Shown here: positions 1 through 9,155 of the stretch, piece by piece
Layout of the letters: every line of letters starts with the position of its first letter
Position numbering within the stretch: the stretch's first letter is position 1
Origin: a virus
Taxonomy: Duplodnaviria > Heunggongvirae > Uroviricota > Caudoviricetes
Virus record (IMG/VR): IMGVR_UViG_2534681604_000006
Location: 1 to 47,099 of that record
Direction: 5' to 3' (one strand)
DNA: 47,099 nucleotides
The notes under the pieces: model-generated
Seen by the model: the letters and a program-made list of their open reading frames with translations, nothing else
What the model was told of the DNA's origin: nothing
Databases searched by the model: none
Program-made: the position numbers and the translations under genes

Positions 1-441
1 ATGAAAAAACTAACCTTTGAAATTCGATCTCCAGCACATCAGCAAAACGCTATTCACGCGGTACAGCAAATTCTTCCAGACCCAACCAAACCAATCGTAG
101 TAACCATTCAGGAACGCAACCGCAGCTTAGACCAGAATCGAAAGCTTTGGGCTTGCCTTGGTGACGTCTCTCGTCAGGTTGAATGGCATGGTCGCTGGCT
201 GGATGCAGAAAGCTGGAAGTGTGTGTTTACCGCAGCATTAAAGCAGCAGGATGTTGTTCCTAACCTTGCCGGGAATGGCTTTGTGGTAATAGGCCAGTCA
301 ACCAGCAGGATGCGTGTAAGCGAATTTGCGGAGCTATTAGAGCTTATACAGGTATTCGGTACAGAGCGTGGCGTTAAGTGGTCGGACGAAGCGCGACTGG
401 CTCTCGAATGGAAAGCGCGATGGGGAGACAGGGCGGCATGA
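1..441 (+). CDS. ninB: NinB recombination protein (Orf family)
   Basis: 146 aa product [21 protein letters not shown]...; recalled as lambda NinB; first gene of a ninB-ninE-ninF-ninG-Q series. Confidence 0.85.
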   Translation: MKKLTFEIRSPAHQQNAIHAVQQILPDPTKPIVVTIQERNRSLDQNRKLWACLGDVSRQVEWHGRWLDAESWKCVFTAALKQQDVVPNLAGNGFVVIGQSTSRMRVSEFAELLELIQVFGTERGVKWSDEARLALEWKARWGDRAA

Positions 442-620
442 GACGACAGCGACGAAGTATCACCGACATCATCTGCGAAAACTGCAAATACCTTCCAACG
501 AAACGCTCCAGAAATAAACGCAAGCCAATCCCAAAAGAATCTGACGTAAAAACCTTCAACTACACGGCTCACCTGTGGGATATCCGGTGGCTAAGACATC
601 GTGCGAGGAATACAAGGTGA
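438..620 (+). CDS. ninE: NinE protein
   Basis: ATG at 438 overlaps the ninB stop (ATGA); 60 aa [23 protein letters not shown]...; the listed ORF 378-620 is the same frame with an upstream alternative start. Confidence 0.7.
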   Translation: MRRQRRSITDIICENCKYLPTKRSRNKRKPIPKESDVKTFNYTAHLWDIRWLRHRARNTR

Positions 621-787
621 TTGACCCAAATCGAAGTTACGAACAAGAAAGCGTCGAGCGGGCTTTAACGTGCGCTAATTGCGGTCAGAAGCTGCATGTG
701 CTGGAAGTTCACGTGTGTGAGTACTGCTGTGCAGAGCTGATGAGCGATTCGAATAGCTCGATGCACGAGGAAGAAGATGATGGCTAA
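617..787 (+). CDS. ninF: NinF protein (Cys-rich)
   Basis: GTG at 617 overlaps the ninE stop; product [38 protein letters not shown]...; an alternative GTG at 575 is in frame, so the start is uncertain. Confidence 0.6.
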
Positions 788-1391
788 ACCAGCGCGAAGA
801 CGATGTAAAAACGATGAATGTCGGGAATGGTTTCACCCTGCATTCGCTAATCAGTGGTGGTGCTCTCCAGAGTGTGGAACCAAGATAGCACTCGAACGAC
901 GAAGTAAAGAACGCGAAAAAGCGGAAAAAGCAGCAGAGAAGAAACGACGACGAGAGGAGCAGAAACAGAAAGATAAACTTAAGATTAGAAAACTCGCCTT
1001 AAAGCCCCGCAGTTACTGGATTAAACAAGCCCAACAAGCCGTAAACGCCTTCATCAGAGAAAGAGACCGCGACTTACCATGTATCTCTTGCGGAACGCTC
1101 ACGTCTGCTCAGTGGGATGCCGGACATTACCGGACAACTGCTGCGGCACCTCAACTCCGATTTGATGAACGCAATATTCACAAGCAATGCGTGGTGTGCA
1201 ACCAGCACAAAAGCGGAAATCTCGTTCCGTATCGCGTCGAACTGATTAGCCGCATCGGGCAGGAAGCAGTAGACGAAATCGAATCAAACCATAACCGCCA
1301 TCGCTGGACTGTCGAAGAGTGCAGGGCCATCAAGGCGGAGTATCAGCAGAAACTCAAAGACCTGCGAAACAGCAGAAGTGAGGCCGCATGA
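777..1391 (+). CDS. ninG: NinG (Rap) recombination-associated protein
   Basis: 204 aa, Cys-rich, basic/K-rich N-terminal half; position and length match lambda NinG. Confidence 0.85.
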
Positions 1392-1434
1392 CGTTCTCAG
1401 TAAAAACCATTCCAGATCACAAGGGAGAAGGCGC

Positions 1435-1923
1435 ATGGGCATAAGAGAACTAAACCTCACCAAAGAACAGCACGAGTGGCTGAATGGCTGGCTTGAACTG
1501 TGGGGCGCATGGGTTTATTCAGGTCGTCTGGAAAAGCGCATGAGCAGCGTAATAGCTAAGTTCATGGAGAGCGTAGAGCCGGGAAGAGTTATGACAAGGC
1601 CAATGTGTAATGATGATGATGGAATGTTGATTTCTCAGGTCGTCGATTCCGTCATGTACATTGACAAGAAAGCCTTTGGCATCCTCCTCAGCTACTACGC
1701 CCACGGCTCTTCCAAGCACGCCATTGCATCTTACTATCATCGCGTCGCAAGACCTCGCAAGATGTTATGCCGGGGCGGCGGGCGCATTCAAAAACCATCG
1801 CTCGCAACCTGTCGACGGGAAGTTGACGAAATCCTCAATGCCTCGTTGTTTATGATTTACCCGGTTCTGGATAGTGCGTTTAAAAACCGGAAACGTGTAG
1901 AGAAAATTAAACATGTAGCATAG
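1435..1923 (+). CDS. Q: Late-gene antiterminator Q
   Basis: ATG at 1435 preceded by AAGGGAGAAG RBS; product MGIRELNLTKEQHEWLNGWLELWGAWVYSG...; sits directly upstream of the late promoter/terminator and lysis genes. Confidence 0.7.
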   Translation: MGIRELNLTKEQHEWLNGWLELWGAWVYSGRLEKRMSSVIAKFMESVEPGRVMTRPMCNDDDGMLISQVVDSVMYIDKKAFGILLSYYAHGSSKHAIASYYHRVARPRKMLCRGGGRIQKPSLATCRREVDEILNASLFMIYPVLDSAFKNRKRVEKIKHVA

Positions 1924-1929
1924 AACGTG

Positions 1930-1960
1930 TTGACATCATTGAGCAAATGAGCAACACTAT
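1930..1960 (+). promoter_or_regulatory. Candidate Q-dependent late promoter (pR'-like)
   Basis: Consensus -35 TTGACA at 1930-1935 immediately after the Q stop; the -10 is weak/ambiguous (AACACT/CACTAT). Confidence 0.3.
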
Positions 1961-1971
1961 TCGCATAAGCT

Positions 1972-2010
1972 GCCGTTAGTGACTCTTAAGTTGCAACGGT
2001 GGCTTTTTTT
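1972..2010 (+). terminator. Candidate tR'-like intrinsic terminator
   Basis: Imperfect hairpin CCGTT(1973-1977)/AACGG(1995-1999) followed by GGC and a T7 run (2004-2010). Confidence 0.4.
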
Positions 2011-2014
2011 ATTT

Positions 2015-2089
2015 GGGTCAGTCGTATAAAGGTCATTACGGAAGGCTGTTAACCTTCTTATCGTGGTTCGAGTCCACGCTGTCCCGCCA
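2015..2089 (+). tRNA. tRNA-Asn (anticodon GUU), phage-encoded
   Basis: Manual cloverleaf fold: acceptor GGGTCAG/CTGTCCC (one mismatch), U8, D-loop with GG, anticodon stem GAAGG/CCTTC with loop CTGTTAA, T-loop TTCGAGT, discriminator G then CCA. Confidence 0.7.
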
Positions 2090-2094
2090 AATAT

Positions 2095-2170
2095 GCTGGT
2101 TTAGCTCCAATGGTAGAGCGGTCGCCTTGTAAGCGAATGGGTAGCGGTTCAAGTCCGTTAACCAGCACCA
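2095..2170 (+). tRNA. tRNA-Thr (anticodon UGU), phage-encoded
   Basis: Manual fold: perfect acceptor GCTGGTT/AACCAGC, D-stem GCTC/GAGC, anticodon loop CTTGTAA, T-loop TTCAAGT, discriminator A then CCA. Confidence 0.7.
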
Positions 2171-2288
2171 TAACTGAGCCGTAGCCACTGGATGTCCTGA
2201 ATTCATCAGTGATAGTTATGCTGCGGTCTTCTTTTTCTCCCTTCCCAATATAAGAACTACGCAATCCGTTACTGGCGGAGGCGTTGCT

Positions 2289-2504
2289 ATGAAATCAATG
2301 GACAAAATCTCAACTGGCATTGCCTACGGAACATCCGCTGGTAGTGCGGGATACTGGTTTTTGCAGTGGTTGGATCAGGTCAGTCCATCACAGTGGGCTG
2401 CGATTGGGGTGCTTGGAAGCCTTGTGTTGGGCTTTCTCACCTATCTGACAAATCTGTACTTCAAAATCAGAGAAGACAGAAGAAAGGCTGCGAGAGGTGA
2501 ATAA
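2289..2504 (+). CDS. S: Pinholin, phage-21 S type, with dual-start motif (Met1/Met4)
   Basis: 71 aa [30 protein letters not shown]...; two TM segments; basic C-terminus; RBS GGCGGAGG upstream. Confidence 0.85.
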   Translation: MKSMDKISTGIAYGTSAGSAGYWFLQWLDQVSPSQWAAIGVLGSLVLGFLTYLTNLYFKIREDRRKAARGE

Positions 2505-3001
2505 TGCCTCCATCATTACGAAAAGCCGTTGCTGCGGCTATTGGTGGCGGGGCTATTGCTATAGCATCTGTGTTAATCACTGGCCCAAGTGGTAACGATG
2601 GTCTGGAAGGCGTCAGCTACATACCATATAAAGATATCGTTGGTGTATGGACTGTATGTTACGGGCATACCGGAAAAGACATTATGCTCGGTAAAACGTA
2701 TACCGAAGCAGAATGCAAAGCCCTCCTGAATAAAGACCTTGCCACTGTCGCCAGACAAATTAACCCGTACATCAAAGTCGATATACCGGAAACAACGCGC
2801 GGCGCTCTTTACTCGTTCGTTTACAACGTTGGTGCTGGAAATTTCAGAACATCGACGCTTCTTCGCAAAATAAACCAGGGCGATATCAAAGGCGCATGTG
2901 ATCAGCTACGGCGCTGGACATACGCTGGCGGTAAGCAATGGAAAGGGCTGATGACTCGCCGTGAGATTGAGCGTGAAGTCTGTTTGTGGGGGCAACAATG
3001 A
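2504..3001 (+). CDS. R: SAR endolysin (T4-lysozyme-like muramidase with N-terminal signal-anchor-release domain)
   Basis: 165 aa; Gly/Ala-rich weakly hydrophobic N-terminus [20 protein letters not shown] followed by a lysozyme core (E...D...T, CYGHTG); adjacent to the pinholin. Confidence 0.85.
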   Translation: MPPSLRKAVAAAIGGGAIAIASVLITGPSGNDGLEGVSYIPYKDIVGVWTVCYGHTGKDIMLGKTYTEAECKALLNKDLATVARQINPYIKVDIPETTRGALYSFVYNVGAGNFRTSTLLRKINQGDIKGACDQLRRWTYAGGKQWKGLMTRREIEREVCLWGQQ

Positions 3002-3435
3002 GTAGAGTAACCGCGATTATCTCCGCTCTGGTTATCTGCATCATCGTCTGTCTGTCATGGGCTGTTAATCATTACCGTGATAACGCCATGACCTACAAAG
3101 AGCAGCGCAATAAAGCCACATCCATCATCGCTGATATGCAGAAGCGTCAACGTGATGTAGCAGAACTCGACGCCAGATACACAAAGGAGCTTGCTGATGC
3201 TAACGCGACTATCGAAAGCCTCCGTGCTGATGTTTCTGCTGGGCGTAAGCGCCTGCAAGTCGCCGCCACCTGTGCAAAGTCAACGACCGGAGCCAGCAGC
3301 ATGGGCGATGGAGAAATCCCAAGACTTACAGCAGATGCTGAACTCAATTATTACCGTCTCCGAAGTGGAATCGACAAGATAACCGCGCAGGTTAACTACC
3401 TGCAGGAGTACATCAGGACGCAATGCCTGAAATAA
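2998..3435 (+). CDS. Rz: Rz i-spanin
   Basis: ATG at 2998 overlaps the R stop (ATGA); N-terminal TM helix then coiled-coil periplasmic domain. Confidence 0.8.
   Translation: MSRVTAIISALVICIIVCLSWAVNHYRDNAMTYKEQRNKATSIIADMQKRQRDVAELDARYTKELADANATIESLRADVSAGRKRLQVAATCAKSTTGASSMGDGEIPRLTADAELNYYRLRSGIDKITAQVNYLQEYIRTQCLK
3191..3382 (+). CDS. Rz1: Rz1 o-spanin lipoprotein, embedded in the +1 frame of Rz
   Basis: Signal peptide with lipobox-like VSAC, proline-rich mature part ([13 protein letters not shown]); entirely inside Rz. Confidence 0.7.
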   Translation: MLMLTRLSKASVLMFLLGVSACKSPPPVQSQRPEPAAWAMEKSQDLQQMLNSIITVSEVESTR

Positions 3436-3469
3436 TTTTTTTTTGCAAATCACAAAGTCCATTTAATGA

Positions 3470-3492
3470 GCCTCGCGATGCGGGGCTTTTTT
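3470..3492 (+). terminator. Intrinsic terminator downstream of the lysis cassette
   Basis: GCCTCGC gat GCGGGGC hairpin followed by TTTTTT. Confidence 0.55.
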
Positions 3493-3639
3493 ATGTCCGC
3501 AGTAAACGCGCTTCACACGCGCGACTTATGAACACAGAACCTTTCAGGATGACCCTTGAGGATGCCGGTTTGGTGATCGGTGCCTTTCTGTGGGCCGGAA
3601 TCCTGTGTGACAAGGTTCATCACTAAAAGGTAATCACTG

Positions 3640-4170
3640 ATGAAGTACCCAACAGTTATTGTCAATGGTGTGTCCGTTCGTGTTGATGAGGATGGACGCT
3701 ACAACTTAAACGATCTCCATGCAGCAGCAGTTGCAAATGGAGAGGCTACAGAGCAACAGCGCCCAAGCCAGTTTTTGCGTAGCGCGCAGATAAAACGCTT
3801 CATAAAAGCACTGGAGGCCAAAGTGCAAAAAAGCACTTTGGAACAAATTCAGCCACTTAAAATAATCAAAGGTGGTGCAGAACCAGGTGTGTGGGATGTT
3901 GAACTTCTGGCAATCAGATATGCAGCATGGATTAAGCCGGAATTTGAAATCGAAGTTTATGAAGTTTTCAAAACGGTTGTCCGTCTCGGCGTTGGCGCAA
4001 TGTCCCGTCTGAATAGAATCGATCACATCATCAATACTGAAACCAAAGCGATAAGCCAGTGCGCAAGCCAAATGGCTAAGTGGGGCGTTGGTGGGCGAAA
4101 AAGATTGCTTCATGTTGCACGTGAGAGAGCGGCAAATGAAGTGCAAATGTATTTGCCCGGAATGGTGTGA
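3640..4170 (+). CDS. KilA-N domain protein
   Basis: N-terminal pattern YNLNDLHAAA...PSQFLRSAQ...GVWDVELLAIRYAAWIKPEFE typical of KilA-N/APSES-type DNA-binding domains. Confidence 0.6.
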   Translation: MKYPTVIVNGVSVRVDEDGRYNLNDLHAAAVANGEATEQQRPSQFLRSAQIKRFIKALEAKVQKSTLEQIQPLKIIKGGAEPGVWDVELLAIRYAAWIKPEFEIEVYEVFKTVVRLGVGAMSRLNRIDHIINTETKAISQCASQMAKWGVGGRKRLLHVARERAANEVQMYLPGMV

Positions 4171-4421
4171 TTTCGCAGGTTAATCCAGTTTTTGCATTAC
4201 GGCAGTACAGCGAAACAACCCAAGCCAGTAAGTGGGGAAATAACACTGGCAGCCACTGAAAGATGAACCTCCTGCCTTATGGCAAAAAAGATTCTTTGTG
4301 GTGGCGGACTGATGGAAAGACATCGGTTATTGCAGAGACCATTCAATGAGTGGTCTCGACAATGGCTTATATCCTGCTAAGAGTGATTAACTGGGTGGCA
4401 AAAGTTCACCACCAACATCAA

Positions 4422-4853
4422 TTAGATTAAATTATTTCGATAAGCAGAATCGATTAGAGCGTTCATAAAGAGATACTCAACATCTTCGGTATAGTCGATG
4501 TCTATTGGAGCTGTTGAGTCAAGCGCCCCAAAATGCATGCAATTGTTCCAATCAAGAAAAATTTTATGAAACTCCTGTTTTTTTCCATCTCGCGATGTGT
4601 AAAAAGTAATAACCCCAATTAATGAGCCTTCGTGAAGTGAAAGCTTACTTTCTGTAAAACACTTAAAGCGTAGCTGTGGAATTGAAACCTCAAGCTCTCC
4701 ATCATTTAGCTCTATGGAAATTTGCTTATTAAGGTCTCGTTTGTTATTCCATGCGGTGTTAACACGTTCTAATAAATCATTCGTATTTTGCTGTAATAAC
4801 TCACCTTTCCTAGAAAGTAACTGTGACAATCCGATAAACGTTAATGAGCTCAT
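4422..4853 (-). CDS. Hypothetical protein, antisense AT-rich moron between the lysis genes and terminase
   Basis: 143 aa from ATG at 4853 with AAGGTGA RBS; opposite strand to all flanking phage genes; visibly AT-rich; no recognisable domain. Confidence 0.6.
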   Translation of the reverse strand: MSSLTFIGLSQLLSRKGELLQQNTNDLLERVNTAWNNKRDLNKQISIELNDGELEVSIPQLRFKCFTESKLSLHEGSLIGVITFYTSRDGKKQEFHKIFLDWNNCMHFGALDSTAPIDIDYTEDVEYLFMNALIDSAYRNNLI

Positions 4854-4873
4854 AAATTCACCTTTGAGAAAAA

Positions 4874-5425
4874 ATGGCACTCACAGACAAGCAAGAGATG
4901 TTCTGTCGCGAGTACCTCATCGATTTAAACGCCACGCAAGCGGCTATTCGGGCGGGGTACAGCGCAAAAACAGCCAACCGTACCGCATCCGAAAACCTGT
5001 CAAAACCTGACATCAAGTTAAGAATCGCCGAACTGAAAGCGCAACGCAATGATCTTGTTGGTATTAATGCAGAATATGTACTTAATCGCCTTATTGAAAT
5101 CGACCAGATGGATGTGCTTGACATTCTCCTGCAAAACGGTGAGCTAAAACCCATTAAAGACTGGCCTAAGGTATGGCGCACAACGTTATCAGGAATGGAT
5201 GTCGTGGAGATGGCATCCGCAGATAGCGCCGCACTCCTGAAGAAAATCAAATGGCCTGATAAGGTTAAAAACCTCGAACTTCTTGGTAAGCATGTTTCTG
5301 TTCAGGCGTTTAAAGACAACGTCAAAAATGAAGTGACTGGCGCTGATGGAGGACCAGTCAGAACAGAAATTACCAACTTAACGCCGGAGCAGGCTGCAGA
5401 GGCGTATAGAAAAATGATGGGCTAA
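4874..5425 (+). CDS. Terminase small subunit
   Basis: 183 aa; N-terminal [34 protein letters not shown] motif typical of Terminase_2-type small subunits; immediately upstream of the large subunit. Confidence 0.8.
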   Translation: MALTDKQEMFCREYLIDLNATQAAIRAGYSAKTANRTASENLSKPDIKLRIAELKAQRNDLVGINAEYVLNRLIEIDQMDVLDILLQNGELKPIKDWPKVWRTTLSGMDVVEMASADSAALLKKIKWPDKVKNLELLGKHVSVQAFKDNVKNEVTGADGGPVRTEITNLTPEQAAEAYRKMMG

Positions 5426-5427
5426 GT

Positions 5428-7050
5428 ATGCCGTTACCATTCCCCTTCGATTTTAAACATCCTGATTACCAGATGGTTTTTGAATGGCGGATGGAACGCT
5501 TACAGCGCATTCGCCAGAATCCTGAAATATTGCCTGCACTAAAACAGTTTTACCGAACCAATCCGGCTCAGTTCATCATCGACTGGGGCATGACAACGGA
5601 CCCGCGTAATATTGATTATGGCCTGCCGGTGACCATTCCGTTTTTACTCTTCCCTAAGCAGGAGGAGTGGATCCACTGGATTATGGAACGCTGGGGCAAT
5701 CGGGAGAATGGTATTACCGAAAAATCCCGTGAAATGGGGCTCAGTTGGACCGCGATCGGACTGGCCTGCTCGCTTTGTCTCTTCAAGAAAGAAATGGTTA
5801 TCGGTTTCGGCTCCCGTAAAGAGGAATACGTCGACAGCACCGGTGACCCGAAAGCATTGTTCTGGAAGGCGCGCAAGTTCGTGGAAACACTACCTGTAGA
5901 GTTTCGCGGTTCGTGGAGCGAGAAGAAGCACGCGCCATATATGCGTGTTGAGTTTCCTGAAACTGGTGCCGTTATCAAAGGCGAGGCTGGCGATAATATT
6001 GGTCGTGGTGACCGTACCACGCTTTATCTGGTTGATGAGGCTGCATTCCTTCAGCGTCCTCTGCTGATTGATGCGGCGTTGTCACAAACGACGCGTTGCC
6101 GTATTGACCTGAGTTCAGTTAATGGCATGGCGAACCCGTTCGCTCAGAAGCGTCATGGCGGGAAGATACCGGTATTCACATTCCACTGGCGGGATGATCC
6201 TCGCAAGGATGAAGAGTGGTATCGCAGGGAATGCGAGAAAATCGATAATCCGGTGGTGGTGGCACAGGAACTTGATCTGAACTACAGCGCATCAGCGGAA
6301 GGCGTCCTGATTCCATCCGAATGGGTACAGGCTGCCGTTGATGCGCATATCAAACTGGGGATCCAGCCAACAGGCAAACGACTTGGCGCGATGGATGTCG
6401 CCGACGAAGGCAGGGACAAAAATGCCTTTTCCACCCGTCATGGCTTCCTCCTGGAGAATGTGCGGGAATGGTCCGGTGTGGGCAGCGACATTTATCAGTC
6501 CGTCGAGAAGGTTTTCGGCTTTTGCGAACAGGACAACCTCGAAGAGTTTCGCTTTGACGAGGACGGGCTGGGCGCTGGCGTTCGCGGCGATGCACGCGCT
6601 ATCAACGAACTGCGTAACGCTGCGCGCCGACCGTCAATACTCGCCACACCGTTTCGAGGTAGTGGCGCGGTATTTGATCCGGATGATGAAGCTGTTCGCG
6701 GGGACAACGGGCAAGCCGCACGTCTTAACAAGGACTTCTTCGCTAACGCCAAAGCCCAGAGCTGGTGGCGGTTACGTAAACTTTTTCAGAATACCTGGCG
6801 CGCCGTGGTTGAAGGTATGGCTTACAACCCGGACGAAATCATCTCAATCAGCAGTAGCATGGCACTCAAAGATAAACTCATCATCGAGCTTTCGCAGCCG
6901 ACCTATTCCATTAATAGTGTGGGAAAAATCGTTATTGATAAACAGCCTGATGGAACCCGGTCGCCAAACCTTGCCGACTCGGTGATGATCAACTATGCCC
7001 CAATGAATTCAGCCCTGAACATCTGGGAGCTGCTAGGGAGACAGGCCTGA
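5428..7050 (+). CDS. Terminase large subunit
   Basis: 540 aa, ATPase plus nuclease organisation, placed between the small subunit and portal. Confidence 0.85.
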   Translation: MPLPFPFDFKHPDYQMVFEWRMERLQRIRQNPEILPALKQFYRTNPAQFIIDWGMTTDPRNIDYGLPVTIPFLLFPKQEEWIHWIMERWGNRENGITEKSREMGLSWTAIGLACSLCLFKKEMVIGFGSRKEEYVDSTGDPKALFWKARKFVETLPVEFRGSWSEKKHAPYMRVEFPETGAVIKGEAGDNIGRGDRTTLYLVDEAAFLQRPLLIDAALSQTTRCRIDLSSVNGMANPFAQKRHGGKIPVFTFHWRDDPRKDEEWYRRECEKIDNPVVVAQELDLNYSASAEGVLIPSEWVQAAVDAHIKLGIQPTGKRLGAMDVADEGRDKNAFSTRHGFLLENVREWSGVGSDIYQSVEKVFGFCEQDNLEEFRFDEDGLGAGVRGDARAINELRNAARRPSILATPFRGSGAVFDPDDEAVRGDNGQAARLNKDFFANAKAQSWWRLRKLFQNTWRAVVEGMAYNPDEIISISSSMALKDKLIIELSQPTYSINSVGKIVIDKQPDGTRSPNLADSVMINYAPMNSALNIWELLGRQA

Positions 7051-8516
7051 TGGCACGAAACAAACGAGCCCTGCGGCGAACTGCGCAGGCCACAGCTGAT
7101 GGTTATGAGAATTTTATTGCCCGCGTAGGGATGCAGACACCTAACCAGCACTCAGCATCCACCTACCGGGCTAATTTCACCAGTCGTAACCGCATGCTGG
7201 TGGAATGGTCCTATCGTTCATCCTGGATCATCGGCGAAGCAGTCGATGCTATCCCGGATGATATGACCCGCAAAGGCATTCGCATCACTTCGGAAATTGA
7301 TGCAAAAGATCGTGGCATTCTCGAATCACAACTGGATGAGTTGCAAATCTGGGATGCGCTGAATGACGTGCTGAAATGGTCGCGCCTCTACGGCGGCGCG
7401 GTGGGTTTCATCATGATTGAGGGGCAGGCACCAATGACCCCGCTGCGACCCGAAACCATCGGTAAGGGCAAGTTTAAGGGGATTCTCCCGCTCGACCGCT
7501 GGATGATTGACCCGGTACTGACCCGCCGCATTAAAGATATGGGGCCGGACCTGGGTAAACCTGAGTTTTACGATGTGGTGACCACAGCAACGGGAATTCC
7601 TGCCTGGCGCATTCATCACAGTCGACTGATTCGCTTTGATGGCGTCACGCTGCCATTTCAGCAGAAGATGACCGAGAACGAATGGGGAATGTCGGTTGTA
7701 GAGCGTATCTGGGATCGTCTTACCGCGTTCGACAGCGCTACTGTCGGCGCGGCGCAGCTGGTCTACAAAGCGCATTTGCGTACCTACAGCGTGGAGAAGC
7801 TACGCGAGCTTATCGCACTTGGTGGTCCTGCGTATGAAGCGTTGCTGAAGAATATCGACCTGATTCGACAGTTCCAGAGCAATGAAGGCATGACGCTCAT
7901 GGACTCGCGGGATAAGTTTGAAACGCATCAGTACAGCTTCAGTGGTCTGGATGACATCCTATCACAGTTTGCAGAACAGATTAGTGGCGCTGTTGGTATC
8001 CCACTGGTGCGGTTGTTCGGACAGTCCCCGAAAGGATTTTCTACCGGTGATGCAGACCTTGCCAACTATTACGACCGCATCAGTTCGTTGCAGGAGAGGC
8101 GTTTACGTCTTCCGGTGCGTCGGATACTGGACATCATGCATCGTTCGGAACTTGGCAAGCCGCTCCCGGATGATTTCACGTTTGAGTTTAACCCGCTCTG
8201 GCAAATGTCTGATGTCGATCGCTCAACGGTGGCGTTAAACACCACCAACGCAATCAGTACGGCGCTGGGTGATGGTCTGATGACACTGAAAGCCGCTATG
8301 ACTGATTTGCGCGAAAATTCTGACGTAACCGGCATCGGGGCATCCATTACCGACGAGGACATCGAGAATGCCGAAGATGAAGCGCCGCCCGGCATCGGCG
8401 AACCTGATGACGAACCGCAGGAACCGTCAGGCGGAAATCCGCTATCGAACCAGCCTACGCAGGATAGCGCGGGCGGTCGGAGACATCGTCAATGGTCACT
8501 ACGATGGTTCAAATGA
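7050..8516 (+). CDS. Portal protein
   Basis: 488 aa following the terminase; acidic C-terminal tail; conserved position. Confidence 0.8.
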   Translation: MARNKRALRRTAQATADGYENFIARVGMQTPNQHSASTYRANFTSRNRMLVEWSYRSSWIIGEAVDAIPDDMTRKGIRITSEIDAKDRGILESQLDELQIWDALNDVLKWSRLYGGAVGFIMIEGQAPMTPLRPETIGKGKFKGILPLDRWMIDPVLTRRIKDMGPDLGKPEFYDVVTTATGIPAWRIHHSRLIRFDGVTLPFQQKMTENEWGMSVVERIWDRLTAFDSATVGAAQLVYKAHLRTYSVEKLRELIALGGPAYEALLKNIDLIRQFQSNEGMTLMDSRDKFETHQYSFSGLDDILSQFAEQISGAVGIPLVRLFGQSPKGFSTGDADLANYYDRISSLQERRLRLPVRRILDIMHRSELGKPLPDDFTFEFNPLWQMSDVDRSTVALNTTNAISTALGDGLMTLKAAMTDLRENSDVTGIGASITDEDIENAEDEAPPGIGEPDDEPQEPSGGNPLSNQPTQDSAGGRRHRQWSLRWFK

Positions 8517-9141
8517 CAGTATCACGGAAATTATTGAGGCGCTGGAACGCTACAGTAAAATCATCACCCCCTGGGCGACAAAGGTCGCGGAAAACTTTAC
8601 TGCGGACCTAACCCGGCAGAACGAGAAAGTTTGGCGGCAACACAGCAAGAACATCAGTCGCGAGCTCCGCAATCTTGTGGAAAGCGCTCCTGTGGGCCAG
8701 GTGATGCAATCCATCATCGCCGAACAGGTCAAGTACATCAAATCGCTCCCCCTCGAGGCGGCTGACAGGGTGTACGACATCCAGAATCGGGCGACAGAAG
8801 CTGTTGTGACCGGCGGGAGAGCAGAACATTTTGCTAAAGAAATAGCCGCATCGGGTGATATAGCAAAGTCCAGAGTTGACCTGATTGCCCGTACTGAACT
8901 TGGACGTGCAACCGGCGCGCTGGATCAGGCGCGTGCGCTGTCAATTGGTTCGAATGGTTATATCTGGCGTACAGCCGAAGATGGTGACGTCAGGCATTCT
9001 CATCGGGAAATGGAAGGTAAATTTGTCGAATGGGGCAAACCTCCAACGCTTGATGGCATGACCGGTCACGCTGGCGAGCTCCCGAATTGTCGCTGTTATA
9101 AAGAAATCGTTTTTCCCACCTCCCATTCTTATCCCGCCTGA
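8368..9141 (+). CDS. Head morphogenesis protein (Mu F / SPP1 gp7-like minor head protein)
   Basis: 257 aa; ATG at 8368 with GAGGA RBS; overlaps the portal 3' end by 149 nt in another frame, so the start is uncertain. Confidence 0.65.
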   Translation: MPKMKRRPASANLMTNRRNRQAEIRYRTSLRRIARAVGDIVNGHYDGSNDSITEIIEALERYSKIITPWATKVAENFTADLTRQNEKVWRQHSKNISRELRNLVESAPVGQVMQSIIAEQVKYIKSLPLEAADRVYDIQNRATEAVVTGGRAEHFAKEIAASGDIAKSRVDLIARTELGRATGALDQARALSIGSNGYIWRTAEDGDVRHSHREMEGKFVEWGKPPTLDGMTGHAGELPNCRCYKEIVFPTSHSYPA

Positions 9142-9155
9142 ATCGCAGGTAACAC

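Noticed and set aside
1930-1960. Confident assignment of the late promoter -10 element
   Set aside because: A consensus -35 is present but no good -10 at 17-19 bp spacing; Q-dependent late promoters are atypical, so the call is kept at low confidence.
2058-2264. 68-aa minus-strand ORF
   Set aside because: It lies antisense across the two tRNA genes; the tRNA folds explain this sequence, so the ORF is a chance reading frame.
5616-6985. Several ORFs in alternative frames or antisense within the terminase large-subunit gene (5616-6020, 5708-5899, 6338-6985, 6350-6595, 6495-6752)
   Set aside because: All nested in a long, well-formed terminase gene; their odd Arg/Ser/Pro-rich compositions are typical of GC-rich off-frame translation.
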